NCBI GenBank assembly: GCA_027319905.1
Contig: DAHVMJ010000004.1
Coordinates: forward strand, 1-63,501
Origin: Candidatus Micrarchaeota archaeon
GTDB lineage: Archaea > Micrarchaeota > Micrarchaeia > Micrarchaeales > CABMGC01
Direction of reading: 5' to 3'
DNA length: 63,501 nt
A model generated the notes under the pieces. That model was not told where the DNA came from, searched no databases, and was given only the letters and a program-made list of their open reading frames with translations. The number at the start of each line of letters is the position of its first letter. The stretch's first letter is position 1. Positions 1-10,172 of the stretch are shown here, piece by piece. The position numbers and the translations under genes were made by a program.

Positions 1-8
1 AGAAAGAA

Positions 9-605
9 TTGAAACACTTGACTGACGCTTATCGTGTGAATAAAAAGTTCTTCGGCATAGATGTTCCGAAATTTCAAGTGAAGCTCTTTAACACGAGGGC
101 GGAGTTTAACAAAGAAGTGCATCAGAGGAAAACTCCCAGATGGCTGGCTGCTTATTCTAACAAACGAAGAATCGCAATATTTATGCCATCAGTGTTTGAG
201 AGGCTAACATCTCACAGACTTTCGGCGTATCGACAGATACTAACACATGAGATGAACCACGTATTTTACGGGAATTTTGTAGGCCATTATGCCCCTATTT
301 GGCTGATAGAGGGACTTGCAAGAAATGTTGCAGGACAGGGTAGAGAAACCAACGAGCCTGTTAATACGGACTACCTGTTTTACACGTACAGCGACAAAAA
401 GGCATACAAAAACAAGGCAGGTGCGTACCATCTATGTGTGGAGAACGGTTATTATTTCACCAAATTTATACTGGAGAAAGATGGCAAATCTGAGATAATA
501 AATTTCTTGCGAAAGTATAAGGTCAGGAAAGATAAGAAAGTGTATGATTTGTCTATGAAGAAGTGGGTGGCTGAGCTAAAGGTAGCCAGCTCAGTAGCCA
601 AGTAA
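9..605 (+). CDS. HExxH zinc-metallopeptidase-like protein (TTG start at window edge, start uncertain)
   Basis: 198-aa ORF with THEMNH (HExxH) motif followed by WLIEGLA. No closer family assignable by eye. Confidence 0.4.
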   Translation: MKHLTDAYRVNKKFFGIDVPKFQVKLFNTRAEFNKEVHQRKTPRWLAAYSNKRRIAIFMPSVFERLTSHRLSAYRQILTHEMNHVFYGNFVGHYAPIWLIEGLARNVAGQGRETNEPVNTDYLFYTYSDKKAYKNKAGAYHLCVENGYYFTKFILEKDGKSEIINFLRKYKVRKDKKVYDLSMKKWVAELKVASSVAK

Positions 606-860
606 ATCGTAAGAGGGCGATACCCTATCTCCTGCAACTGCCTAGGGCCGCAGAATCGCATATCTTTGTATACCTGTTCCCCTTCTCACGTGACGTGCCA
701 ATGGCGGCCTCCCCGTTTTTCAATTTTCTCGACGACAGAAAATTGTTTGTCGCCTATGTAGGAGATCTGAACCCGTGGTAAGAAGATCTTCTGGAGCTAC
801 GAGCCCTAAAAATTTTCTCCTTGAAGACTTTGCCAGTCGAAGTGTAAGAAGTTTGTGCCT

Positions 861-1379
861 TCAGAACAAATCTGAATCATTAACATATCCTAATTCTTCT
901 AATGTCTGCTTCATTTTCTGCGCCACCTCATCATCTTCAGAAAATGAGCCGCCATAATGTTTGGAGAAGGGCTGCGCTATGATGTAGTCATATTTCTTGG
1001 GAAGCGTTATGCAAAGATCTGTAACCGATACAGAGGCATTTACCTGAAAAGACAATTTGTCTGGAAAAGTGGTACCGGGGATGAAGGATATGTCTGCACT
1101 TAGATCTGTATCTACAACCAGAACCTTAATGCCTGATTTTTCAAACTCAGATTTGAGAGAATTTTGCACTGCATCACTTACGTGAGAATGAGTCACCGTA
1201 AGGTCCGATTGATATGCAGGTTCGATGCTGTATCCTTCTATTCCTTTGTTTCTGAAAGCGAGATGAATTCGCTCTGCTTCGAGATAGGCGACCTGGCCGG
1301 TTTCCTGCCTAACCTCCGCTTTAAGACCAGCGTCTGCGGATGGCGGTGTCTTTTCTTTGTCCATGAATTTTACACCCAT
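861..1379 (-). CDS. hypothetical protein
   Basis: 172-aa ORF, no recognisable motif. The opposite-strand ORF 1164-1712 looks like a shadow. Confidence 0.35.
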   Translation of the reverse strand: MGVKFMDKEKTPPSADAGLKAEVRQETGQVAYLEAERIHLAFRNKGIEGYSIEPAYQSDLTVTHSHVSDAVQNSLKSEFEKSGIKVLVVDTDLSADISFIPGTTFPDKLSFQVNASVSVTDLCITLPKKYDYIIAQPFSKHYGGSFSEDDEVAQKMKQTLEELGYVNDSDLF

Positions 1380-1606
1380 ACCATCGCAAGGAATGCCATC
1401 GTGCTCTTTAAAAGCTTATGTGTAAAAAATTGCGTCCGTGCCAAAATACCTTTCCAGCATCAGAAGCGCTCCTTTGTTCCGAGCGCCACCGGTTCACGTG
1501 AGAAAACGAATAGACGACGCCCAGCAAGTGTCACCAGGCATAGATTTTGTACCGACACATATGCTTTAAGCATGTGGCATATATACTATACGGTTGACAT
1601 ATTCAC

Positions 1607-2593
1607 ATGGAGAAGACGCCATTCAAGTTCGGCAGGAGCAGCTTTGCTATGGTCATACCAAAGGCATGGGCCGAGAAGAACGGGTTGCAGAGGAAGAATC
1701 TGCTCTACGTGAACGAGGATGACTCTGGAAACCTTGTGGTGAGCACCAAACAGGGTGGCAAGGCAGAATTCGAGGAGGTGGTCACAAAGGAGACGTACAC
1801 ATTCATCTGGCGCCTGATAGGTTTCCACTACATGTACGGCACGACAAGACTGCGCATATACTCCAAAGACGGATTCAGCGCGGGCCAGGTGCGCGCGATA
1901 GAGGAGAATGTGCACCGGTACTACATGGGCTTCGAGATAACAAGCCAGTCGATCAACGACTTTGTGATAGAGGACATGAGCAATATCAAGGACACGTCGA
2001 TAGACAAGATAACCGTGAAGATCGCCTTCCTGATCTCCGAGATGTTCAAGGAGCTGCTCAGCGAAGCGTACGAGAGGAGCGGAAAGCGGGACCTGCTGCA
2101 CCGCGGCGCAAAAATTGGCGGAGTGGATGTGGCGCATGCCGAGGCGGGGAGCATGAAAACTGGCGCTTCTTACAGCTCTATAGACGGGATCGAGGAACTA
2201 GTGAACCGCTACTATCTGCTGGGCATAAGGTACCTGAACATGCTCAAGCCAGGCAACATCTACCTGTATCTGAGGGCCCTCGAGCTGATGGAAGACGCGG
2301 CAGACATACTCGTAAGGTTCTCGAAGATCGACTTTGGACAGGCGAGAGGCGTGCTCGAAAGCGACCAGAGGCTGTTCGAGACCAGCGCGGCCGCCATGAA
2401 AGGCGATAGGAAGAAGATAGACGAGGTGTTCAAGATGACTGAAGCGATAAGCAAGGAGATGAGAAGAGTGAAGGTGCAGGAACACATCTTCGAGATGCTC
2501 TACGACCTTACGTGGAGCATCGCAGTCATAGCAGAAGCAGGCCTGATAAGGGAAAAGGTGGCGCAGCAGAGGGAGAACGCGCCTCGGCCTTAG
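1607..2593 (+). CDS. AbrB/SpoVT-domain plus PhoU-like phosphate uptake regulator
   Basis: N-terminus FGRSSFAMVIPKAWAEKNGL is a SpoVT/AbrB swapped-hairpin signature. The long helical remainder and 328-aa length match archaeal PhoU-type regulators. Confidence 0.55.
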   Translation: MEKTPFKFGRSSFAMVIPKAWAEKNGLQRKNLLYVNEDDSGNLVVSTKQGGKAEFEEVVTKETYTFIWRLIGFHYMYGTTRLRIYSKDGFSAGQVRAIEENVHRYYMGFEITSQSINDFVIEDMSNIKDTSIDKITVKIAFLISEMFKELLSEAYERSGKRDLLHRGAKIGGVDVAHAEAGSMKTGASYSSIDGIEELVNRYYLLGIRYLNMLKPGNIYLYLRALELMEDAADILVRFSKIDFGQARGVLESDQRLFETSAAAMKGDRKKIDEVFKMTEAISKEMRRVKVQEHIFEMLYDLTWSIAVIAEAGLIREKVAQQRENAPRP

Positions 2594-2709
2594 CATATAG
2601 CATACTTTAATAAAGCGGGAAAATCACTTTATTAGAGTGGGGCTCTGGCCCGCGGCAAGCGGACCTGGGCGGTGGACGGGAGAAGGTTGAGGCTACGGAC
2701 GCGCTCATA

Positions 2710-3459
2710 TTGGCTGGAGGTTTCGCAACTAGACTTGAGCCCATCGGAGAGTTTATACCAAAGGCGCTGCTCACGCTGAACGGCAAGCCGCTGATAGACT
2801 ACATAATAAACGACCTGGAGGGCATAGAGGCGGTAGACCGCATACTTATCTCAACGAACAAGAAGTTCGAGGACCAATTTGACTACTGGATGAAGCTGAG
2901 GACAGCAGCAGGTTTCAAGAAAAAAATGACGCTCATAGTCGAGCCCGCGATCCACAACGGCCAGAAACTCGGAGCCGTAAAGGGGATAGCCCACGCGATA
3001 AAGGAAGCAAGAATGAAAGACGACGCCCTCATAATCTTCGGAGACAACTTCTACACGTTTGACATGGGGATGCTGATGGAGGATCTGAGCGTGTCAGACA
3101 AGATACAGAGGCCGGGGCTTATAGCCTATGATATAGGTTCGCTGGAGAACGCGAAGAGATTCGGAGTGGTAAAGGAAGCCGGGGGCCGTGTCACGGACAT
3201 AGAGGAGAAACCCCAGAATCCGGCTTCTTCGCTGGTTAGCACGGGCATCTACTTCTTCCCGAAGACGGCCATTGGTCACTTTGCCAAGTACGTGCGATCT
3301 GGGGGCAACACGGACGGGATGGGCTTCTTCCTAAAGTGGCTGACAACACAGATGGAGGTCCAGGCGGTAGTGCCAACAAAGGGAGAGTGGTTCGACATCG
3401 GAACGCTCGACGGATACAAGGAGGTATTCTACAAACAAAAGGGCTACAAGCAGAAATAA
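2710..3459 (+). CDS. sugar-phosphate nucleotidyltransferase (glucose-1-phosphate thymidylyl/uridylyltransferase family)
   Basis: LAGGFATRL(x)P..PKALL N-terminal NTP-transferase signature, FGDN and EKP motifs. There is no in-frame ATG/GTG upstream back to the stop at 2611, so the TTG start is provisional. Confidence 0.65.
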   Translation: MAGGFATRLEPIGEFIPKALLTLNGKPLIDYIINDLEGIEAVDRILISTNKKFEDQFDYWMKLRTAAGFKKKMTLIVEPAIHNGQKLGAVKGIAHAIKEARMKDDALIIFGDNFYTFDMGMLMEDLSVSDKIQRPGLIAYDIGSLENAKRFGVVKEAGGRVTDIEEKPQNPASSLVSTGIYFFPKTAIGHFAKYVRSGGNTDGMGFFLKWLTTQMEVQAVVPTKGEWFDIGTLDGYKEVFYKQKGYKQK

Positions 3460-3563
3460 GCGCTTACAGCCAGCAACCGTGCGCCCTACTCTGTGATTTT
3501 CACCAACCTATTTAAATTGTTACCAGCCAAAGGTATTCTTAACGAGTTATAGAGCGGGATGCG

Positions 3564-4364
3564 GTGGCAAGGAAACCTTTCATAATTGTTTTTGTTTCGC
3601 AGAAAGGCGGAGTGGGCAAAACCACGATAGCACTCAATCTTGCCGTTGCGCTTACGTACAAGAATCACAAGGTGCTGCTCGTTGATACAGATACCGAATC
3701 AGCAAGCCTGAGCGAGCAACTGGGCATAAGACCAGACGGCATGGGATACCTTGACATGCTGGGTAGCAAATCAGAGATAAAGGACACGCTCTTCGCCTAC
3801 GAACCGATAGACCTGTATCTTTTGCCTGGTAAGCAGTCCGAGGTGAAGATAACTCCGAAGCCGGAGCATATCGTCTCGTTTTACGGCAAGCTAGCGCACG
3901 CGGACTTCGATTTTGTCATAGTGGACAGCCCTCCTGGCATGTTCAGCAGTGATGTTGCCAGGTACCTCAACGACGTTGCGATACTGACCACGCCCGATTC
4001 TGTCTCCTCATCAAGCAGCGCAAAGATGAACCAGTACTGCCAGAGGCTCAAGCTCGAGCACAGGCTGATAATAAACCGGATGGGTTACAGCAAGTACGAC
4101 CTTGAACGCGAGGAGGTGGAGCGCATCTACGGCGATGTTGCGTTCCAGACTGTGCCTGAAGACAAGATAATAGCTGAAAGCCTGAGAAAGAGAAAGCCGG
4201 CGTACATGATAGACAAGAACTCAGACTTCTGCGTCGCGATAAGCGAGCTGGCGAACGACTACTCGTTGAAGGTGGATTCGCGGCGAGGAGCAGAAGATGA
4301 GGTGTTTGAGAGAAGCACCACGCCCACTGTCTTCGAGAGGCTTGCAAAATGGTTTCTGAAGTAA
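3564..4364 (+). CDS. ParA/MinD-family P-loop ATPase
   Basis: Deviant Walker A SQKGGVGKTT, then LLVDTD and VIVDSPPG motifs. GTG start. Confidence 0.7.
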   Translation: MARKPFIIVFVSQKGGVGKTTIALNLAVALTYKNHKVLLVDTDTESASLSEQLGIRPDGMGYLDMLGSKSEIKDTLFAYEPIDLYLLPGKQSEVKITPKPEHIVSFYGKLAHADFDFVIVDSPPGMFSSDVARYLNDVAILTTPDSVSSSSSAKMNQYCQRLKLEHRLIINRMGYSKYDLEREEVERIYGDVAFQTVPEDKIIAESLRKRKPAYMIDKNSDFCVAISELANDYSLKVDSRRGAEDEVFERSTTPTVFERLAKWFLK

Positions 4365-4410
4365 AGGGCATTGCCTACTTATTTTAAGCTTGCATGCCTA
4401 TGCTTTTCGT

Positions 4411-4532
4411 GCCGGGGTGGCAGAATCTGGTTAATGCGCCGGTCTTGAATCAACTAGGTTCAAGAGCTGAATTGTGATGCGAAGAAAACCGGTTCCCTCG
4501 CGGGATTTAGGGTTCAAATCCCTACCCCGGCG
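4411..4532 (+). tRNA. tRNA-Ser(UGA), class II, with a 37-nt intron at the canonical 37/38 position (4450-4486)
   Basis: Hand fold: acceptor GCCGGGG/CCCCGGC, D arm GCA-GAATCTGGTTAA-TGC, anticodon stem CCGGT/ACCGG, loop CT-TGA-A|intron|A. Long variable arm TTCCCTCGCGGGATT, T arm TAGGG-TTCAAAT-CCCTA, discriminator G. Intron TTCAAG pairs with the anticodon-loop CTTGAA. Confidence 0.75.
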
Positions 4533-4658
4533 ATTCACTCGGCGCTTGCGCTTTTGGAACGGCCTGCGACCTAGCACCGTCTACGGCGAAACACGGAGAC
4601 AAACAGGACAGGAAAGCTGGTTTTAAATACTCTGCCTGCCAATTTCCTCTGCATTCTT

Positions 4659-5609
4659 ATGGGGGAAAACGCACAGGCTCTACTTGGAGGCAGAGTCAAA
4701 GATCTGAAACTTTCCAAGAACATGAGCGTGAAAGAGCTAATTGCAAACATGAGCGCGGTGGGCGGATTCTCGGCGCAGCACATGGTCAACGGGATAGGCA
4801 TACTGGGCGAGATGCTCAAGGACAAGAAGTCGTTCAACTTCCTCTCCTTTCCCGCCGACATAGTCGCGACCGGCCTCCGCGGGGCGCTGGCCCAGGCGGT
4901 AAAGCACTTCGACGCGATAATCACCACGGGCGGCACGCTCGACCACGACCTGGCACGCGCGTACGGGGGAAGATACAACCTTGGCAGTTTCTACGCTGAC
5001 GACGCCGAACTGCACAGGCGCAAGGTATACAGACTCGGCAACATCTTCATAGAACAGAAGGAGTACGGGCTCGCCGTAGAGAACTACTTCAACGAGATAA
5101 TGGACGACATACATAAGTCAAAGGACTACAAAACAGAATACAGCGCCTCCGAGCTGACGTACGAGTTTGGAAGACGGATGAAGGACAGCGGATCGATAAT
5201 AAGGCAGGCTTACCTGCACAACGTGCCGATATTCAACCCGGGCATACTGGATGGCGCCTTTGGCACGCAGCTCTCCATATTCTCGCAAACGCACAGGTTC
5301 AAGCTCAACCTGATAAAGGACGAGCTGAAACTCAGCGACATCTCCTTTGACAACAAGAAGACCGGAGCGCTGATGATTGGCGGAGGTATAAGCAAACATC
5401 ACGTAATCTGGTGGAACCAGTTCAAAGGCGGGCTTGATTATGCTGTCTATATAACTACGGCCTCGCAGTTCGATGGCAGCCTGTCAGGTGCAAGGCTCAC
5501 CGAAGCGGTCTCGTGGGGCAAGGTGAAAGAGAGGGCCAGGTACGTAACCGTGGACGGAGACGCCACCATCGTACTGCCTGTAATGTTCTCCGCGCTCGAT
5601 ATTGTATAA
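4659..5609 (+). CDS. dys: deoxyhypusine synthase
   Basis: 316 aa. Contains [20 protein letters not shown] and [10 protein letters not shown], which are typical DHS blocks. Confidence 0.8.
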   Translation: MGENAQALLGGRVKDLKLSKNMSVKELIANMSAVGGFSAQHMVNGIGILGEMLKDKKSFNFLSFPADIVATGLRGALAQAVKHFDAIITTGGTLDHDLARAYGGRYNLGSFYADDAELHRRKVYRLGNIFIEQKEYGLAVENYFNEIMDDIHKSKDYKTEYSASELTYEFGRRMKDSGSIIRQAYLHNVPIFNPGILDGAFGTQLSIFSQTHRFKLNLIKDELKLSDISFDNKKTGALMIGGGISKHHVIWWNQFKGGLDYAVYITTASQFDGSLSGARLTEAVSWGKVKERARYVTVDGDATIVLPVMFSALDIV

Positions 5610-5634
5610 ATTTGGCACGCTTGAAGGGAGATTG

Positions 5635-6804
5635 ATGACAAGAACAAGATACCTTATAACAGCAGAAAGCGTCACCGAGGGGCATCCAGATAAGGTCGCT
5701 GATATCGTATCGGACTCCGTGCTTGATGCAATAATGAGCAAGGACCCGAGCGCGCACGTGGACTGCGAAACGCTGATAATGCAGGGAATGGTTGTGATAA
5801 CCGGCCAGATAAGCACGCACGCATACGTAAACATACCAGACATAGCGAGGAGCTCTCTCAAGGAGATAGGGCTTGACAACGCCAAGGACGGGCTTGATTG
5901 GGATACATGCGGAGTCATAACCTCAATAGAGGAACAATCTCCAGACATAGCTCTAGGCGTGGACGAGAAGAAGGGCCTCGACATAGGGGCCGGCGATCAG
6001 GGATTTGTCTTCGGCTACGCATGCAACGAGACACCGGAGCTAATGCCGCTACCCACAATGCTTTCCCACAAGCTTGTTATGAGGCTAACAGAGTGCAGGA
6101 AGAATGGCATGCTTCCTTACCTCAGACCTGACGGTAAATCTCAGGTCACGGTGGAGTACGTGAATGGGAAACCCAAGCGCGTAGACACCGTGGTGATAGC
6201 GGCGCAGCACGTGAACGGCAGCGCGATAGATCAGGTGAGGCGCGATGTGGTGGAGAAAGTGGTGAAGAAGGTAATACCGAGTTCACTCATGGACAAGAAC
6301 ACCAAGTTCATAATAAACGGCACCGGAAGGTTCACGATTGGGGGGACGCTTGCAGACTCTGGGCTAACAGGCAGGAAGACGGTGGTGGACGGCTATGGGA
6401 GCATCGGCAAATCCGGGGGCGGGTGCTTCAGCGGCAAGGATCCCACAAAGGTTGATAGGTCAGGAGCGTACTATGCACGCTACATAGCAAAGAACGTTGT
6501 CGCAGCCGGACTGTCCGACAAGTGCGAGATACAGATCGCTTATGCGATTGGAGTTGCGAAGCCGGTGTCATTTTACATAAATACTATGGGCACCGGCAAG
6601 ATAAGCGATGATAAGCTGGAGGCGCTTGTCAAGAAGAATTTTGACATGAGGCCAGGAGCAATAATAAAGCAGCTGGACCTGCGCAGACCGATCTTCAAGA
6701 AGACAGCGGCTTATGGGCACTTCGGAAGGGACGACAAAGATTTCACATGGGAGAAGACAGACAAGGTCGACCTGCTAAGGAAGGGCGCAAGAGGAGCGAA
6801 ATGA
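5635..6804 (+). CDS. metK: S-adenosylmethionine synthetase, bacterial/eukaryotic MetK type
   Basis: [23 protein letters not shown] and [19 protein letters not shown] motifs. ATG at 5635 is preceded by gaagggaga; the TTG at 5602 in the ORF track is probably an over-extension. Confidence 0.9.
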   Translation: MTRTRYLITAESVTEGHPDKVADIVSDSVLDAIMSKDPSAHVDCETLIMQGMVVITGQISTHAYVNIPDIARSSLKEIGLDNAKDGLDWDTCGVITSIEEQSPDIALGVDEKKGLDIGAGDQGFVFGYACNETPELMPLPTMLSHKLVMRLTECRKNGMLPYLRPDGKSQVTVEYVNGKPKRVDTVVIAAQHVNGSAIDQVRRDVVEKVVKKVIPSSLMDKNTKFIINGTGRFTIGGTLADSGLTGRKTVVDGYGSIGKSGGGCFSGKDPTKVDRSGAYYARYIAKNVVAAGLSDKCEIQIAYAIGVAKPVSFYINTMGTGKISDDKLEALVKKNFDMRPGAIIKQLDLRRPIFKKTAAYGHFGRDDKDFTWEKTDKVDLLRKGARGAK

Positions 6805-7181
6805 CATTTGACGTAAGAACTGCCCTGATTCTTGTAGCTTTCGTGCTGTTCGTTTCTTTCGTAGGCTCCCTTTCGTACGTGCTCTCGTTCTATAACACGC
6901 AATCGACGCTGCCGCCTTTCTCCAGAGTCGTTACTCAGGGAACGCGCATAAGCAACTTTCTGGTGCAAAGCGTGAACGTGCCAAACGATACGGTCTCGGG
7001 ACTGCTCTACATCTTGTATCCCCCGGCCTATGTAAACGGCACGCCAAAAACCCTCGACGCCGGAGACATAATAGGGTACGCGTGCGACGACTCGGAGTGG
7101 ATACTCACGGGCGTAAACGCAAACAACGATACCGCGGTCTTTACCGAGGTCGTAACGAAAATAAGCCCGTGCCCGATCTGA
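6801..7181 (+). CDS. small membrane-anchored protein, function unknown
   Basis: ATG overlaps the metK stop (ATGA). N-terminal TM helix [21 protein letters not shown]. Contains N-x-S/T sequons. Confidence 0.4.
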   Translation: MTFDVRTALILVAFVLFVSFVGSLSYVLSFYNTQSTLPPFSRVVTQGTRISNFLVQSVNVPNDTVSGLLYILYPPAYVNGTPKTLDAGDIIGYACDDSEWILTGVNANNDTAVFTEVVTKISPCPI

Positions 7182-7286
7182 CTGCAAGCGACAGGAGAGG
7201 AGCCGATACTATTGCCTTCTTTGCGTTCCGAGCGCCTTCGCAACGTCACGCAGGTATCTCTTGGCTTCTGGCTGTTGGTTTTGGCA

Positions 7287-7592
7287 TCAAGAAAGAGTTA
7301 TCTCGATCTGCACCGCGTCTGGGACAGGTATGCGCATTATCTGCCTGAGGGCCTGGTCGCTGCCGTCTATCTCGACGAGCCACTTGTGTATGCGCATCTC
7401 CCAGTGGTCAAACGTATGCGAGCCGTCTCCGCATGGCGTCTTTCGCGTGGGTATGATCATGCGGCGCGTTGGCAGAGGTATTGGTCCCTTGCACTTGACG
7501 TTTATGCTCTTCGCTATGTCGACTATCTGCTTGGCGATATCGCGCACTGAGCCCATGTTCTTGCTGATAAGCTTGATTCGCGCTACAGGCAT
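7287..7592 (-). CDS. rps10: 30S ribosomal protein S10 (uS10)
   Basis: 101 aa with ARIKL...GPIPLPT...HKWLVEI pattern, immediately downstream of EF-1alpha as in the archaeal str operon. Confidence 0.9.
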   Translation of the reverse strand: MPVARIKLISKNMGSVRDIAKQIVDIAKSINVKCKGPIPLPTRRMIIPTRKTPCGDGSHTFDHWEMRIHKWLVEIDGSDQALRQIMRIPVPDAVQIEITLS

Positions 7593-7595
7593 TCA

Positions 7596-8873
7596 TTAAC
7601 CCTGCTTCTTGACAATCTCGAGCACAACTCCTGCAGCAACTGTCTGTCCCATGTCCCTTATGGCGAACCTGCCGAGCGGCTTGAAGTCGCTGAACTTCTC
7701 CACTACAACTGGTCTGCTCGGCTTTATCTTGACTATTGCCACGTCTCCTGTCTTGATGAACTCGGGGTTCTTCTGCATCGTCTGACCCGTCTTGGGGTCT
7801 TTCTTCTCCACTATCTCAGTTATGGTGCAGGCGATCTGGGCGGTGTGTATGTGGAATACTGGCGAGTAACCAGGTGCTATTGCAGTGGGATGGTTTATGA
7901 CCACTATCTGCCCTGTGAACTCGTCGACAACCGCTGGCGGGCTGCTTGCGGGGCCTATCACGTCTCCGCGATGAATGTCCTTCTTATCCACGCCCTTTAT
8001 GTTGAAGCCTATGTTGTCTCCCGGCTCGGCCTTTTGCAGCTGCTGGTGGTGCATCTCGATGCTCTTCACATCTGTTTTGACGCCGGCAGGCATTATTATT
8101 ATCTGGTCACCTGGCTTCATCACTCCGGTTTCAACCCTGCCCACTGGCACGGTACCGAATCCAGATATGCTATAAACATCCTGGATTGGCAGCCTCAGCG
8201 GCTTGTCGGTCTCCTTCTGCGGGACGGTGAACGTGTCTAGCGCCGCTAGAAGCGTCGGGCCGCTGAACCATGACAACTTGTCAGACTTTTCTTTCACGTT
8301 GTCTCCGGTCAGCGCGGAGTATGGAATGAAAAGTATCTTGCTTGTGTCGTATCCTATGGCCTTGAGGAAGCTGGATACAGAAGCCTTCGTGCTCTCGAAC
8401 TTGGCGGCATCGAAGCCCACAGCGTCCATCTTGTTTATCGCGACTATCAGCTGGTTGATGCCCAGTATCTTCGCGAGCTGCGCGTGCTCCCTGGTCTGCG
8501 TCTGCACTCCTTCCTGCGCAGAGCACACCAGCACAGCAGCGTCAGCCTGGCTTGCTCCAGTGATCATGTTCTTTACGAAGTCCCTGTGACCAGGCGCATC
8601 TATGATTGTGAAGTAGTACTTGGCTGTCTGGAAGTCCTTGTGCGCTATGTCTATTGTCACTCCTCGCTCTCTCTCTTCCTTGAGCTCGTCCATGACGAAC
8701 GCGAACTCGAAGGTTGCCTTTCCCAGTGCCTTGGCCTCCTCCTTCAGCTTGTTCAGGTCCTGCTCGCTAACTGCGCCGGCCGCGTACATAAGCCTGCCTA
8801 CCGTGGTCGACTTGCCGTGGTCGACGTGACCTATGAAGATCAGATTCAGGTGTGGTTTTTCTGCCATATTCAT
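7596..8873 (-). CDS. tuf: translation elongation factor 1-alpha
   Basis: GHVDHGKST, DAPGHRDF and NKMD GTPase motifs. 425 aa. Confidence 0.95.
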   Translation of the reverse strand: MNMAEKPHLNLIFIGHVDHGKSTTVGRLMYAAGAVSEQDLNKLKEEAKALGKATFEFAFVMDELKEERERGVTIDIAHKDFQTAKYYFTIIDAPGHRDFVKNMITGASQADAAVLVCSAQEGVQTQTREHAQLAKILGINQLIVAINKMDAVGFDAAKFESTKASVSSFLKAIGYDTSKILFIPYSALTGDNVKEKSDKLSWFSGPTLLAALDTFTVPQKETDKPLRLPIQDVYSISGFGTVPVGRVETGVMKPGDQIIIMPAGVKTDVKSIEMHHQQLQKAEPGDNIGFNIKGVDKKDIHRGDVIGPASSPPAVVDEFTGQIVVINHPTAIAPGYSPVFHIHTAQIACTITEIVEKKDPKTGQTMQKNPEFIKTGDVAIVKIKPSRPVVVEKFSDFKPLGRFAIRDMGQTVAAGVVLEIVKKQG

Positions 8874-9066
8874 CTACCGATAAATGTGATTGTTTTGATT
8901 TATGCGAGCGCAGAATTCGAGACGAAAAAGCGCCCCATTAAACAGTAGTAGTTAGCGGACAACGTATTTAAAGGTTTGTGTGAAACGCCGACGGAAAGTG
9001 GAGATCTGCGGCCTTGAAAGCCTCGGACAGGAGCCGGGCCAATTAGTCAGGGTCCATCTGGACGGG

Positions 9067-9330
9067 TTAATCCAATTCGGGATTGCTTCTAACCACTTCC
9101 TTTGCTCCTTCTTTGAATGATTTATTAATCTCTTCTAAGACCTCCGCCTTCAAGACATCCGGGAGGTCTTCTTTCTTCAGATATTTTTCTTTGAACTCGG
9201 ACTGCATTTCCGAAACCCCGTGAACAGGGGTCGGGTCTCCTATTAAGGCACGCGCAGTGCCTAGTGCTCCTGCCTCAAACCCTTCGGATCTGGCAATATT
9301 CCTTAGTTCTCCCAGTCTTAGGGCTTGCAT
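9067..9330 (-). CDS. hypothetical small protein
   Basis: 87-aa ORF with no motif recognised. Confidence 0.3.
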   Translation of the reverse strand: MQALRLGELRNIARSEGFEAGALGTARALIGDPTPVHGVSEMQSEFKEKYLKKEDLPDVLKAEVLEEINKSFKEGAKEVVRSNPELD

Positions 9331-9534
9331 TGACGTAAGTTTTATTTCAGGTATATAATCAGAAAGAACATCGTTTTGGGTGAATATAAATCTTTGTTTG
9401 ACCGCCTCGGTTTGGAGTCAGGTCTAGCCCTGATGCATAAAGACAGGGATGCGAAGAAAACTATTTATACTTTATATAGCTCATAGTATGCACTTGTTCT
9501 CCCGCAAGTACTGCAATTGTGCAGGAGGGATTTC

Positions 9535-10170
9535 ATGCTGGAAGAGAAGTACCAGGAGTTTGAGAAGTTCATAGACGAGAATAAGAACCAGAGGAAGTTC
9601 GAGCAGAGCGTAGAGCTCGCGATAAACTTCAAGGGCGTGGACTTTTCGAAGCAGGCAAACAGGCTGAACGTTGACGTGCTGCTGCCGAACGGCAGGGGCA
9701 AGACCAACAAACTAGCGCTCTTCGCCACTGACAAGAACTTCGTCTCGGCCGCGAGGGACAAGGGCATAGAGGTGCTGGACGGCAACTCGCTGCCAACGAT
9801 AGCAAGCGACAAGGAGAAGATGAACTCCCTTCTGGGCTACGACCTGCTGGCACAGCCAAACCTGATGCCGAGCATAGCAAAGCAGCTCGGACCGTTTCTC
9901 GGACCAAGGAACAAGATGCCAAAGCCCGTGATGACAGCGCAGGATCTGGGCCGAACGGCAGGAGAGACGAGCAAGCGCATCTCCATAAAGAACAAGGGCA
10001 AGTTCCTGCCCACGGTGCACTGCGTGGTGGGCAGCGAGAAGATGGAGGCGAAGAAGATTTACGAAAACATACAGGAGGTTGTTGGTGACGTGAACAAGGC
10101 AGTAGGCGCGAACAGGATACGCTCAGTGTACGTAAAGCTGACGATGAGCAAACCGCTGAAACTGGTGTGA
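9535..10170 (+). CDS. rpl1: 50S ribosomal protein L1 (uL1)
   Basis: ATG at 9535 preceded by gcaggaggga. Typical L1 sequence (FEQSVELAINFKG, GPRNKMPKP). The ORF-track TTG at 9517 is probably an over-extension. Confidence 0.85.
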   Translation: MLEEKYQEFEKFIDENKNQRKFEQSVELAINFKGVDFSKQANRLNVDVLLPNGRGKTNKLALFATDKNFVSAARDKGIEVLDGNSLPTIASDKEKMNSLLGYDLLAQPNLMPSIAKQLGPFLGPRNKMPKPVMTAQDLGRTAGETSKRISIKNKGKFLPTVHCVVGSEKMEAKKIYENIQEVVGDVNKAVGANRIRSVYVKLTMSKPLKLV

Positions 10171-10172
10171 AC

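Noticed and set aside
756-808. tRNA-like fragment on the minus strand (GGGCTCGTAGCTC... and ...GGGTTCAGATCTCC), with a 12-nt palindrome agaagatcttct
   Set aside because: Only the first ~13 nt resemble a tRNA 5' end. There is no matching 3' acceptor strand, D-arm partner or pairing T stem, so no complete or split tRNA can be folded. It may be a relic, but the evidence is too thin.
1586-2137. Long antisense or alternate-frame ORFs inside confident genes (for example 1586-2137, 4571-4978, 5484-5984, 9629-10186, 16012-16548, 18055-18777, 42202-42822, 42899-43582, 53596-54141, 60561-61220)
   Set aside because: Each overlaps a gene with strong motif evidence on the other strand or in another frame, and none has a recognisable signature of its own. 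They are typical shadow ORFs of a moderately GC-rich genome.
4476-4489. 14-nt identity (gatgcgaagaaaac) between the tRNA-Ser intron and the L1 leader region (9448-9461)
   Set aside because: Roughly ten or more exact 14-mer matches are expected by chance among all position pairs in a 63.5-kb window. Nothing in the context supports a link.
9331-9534. Possible L1-binding autoregulatory RNA structure in the rpl1 leader
   Set aside because: I could not identify a convincing mimic of the 23S rRNA L1 site by eye, and the idea rests only on precedent from other archaea.
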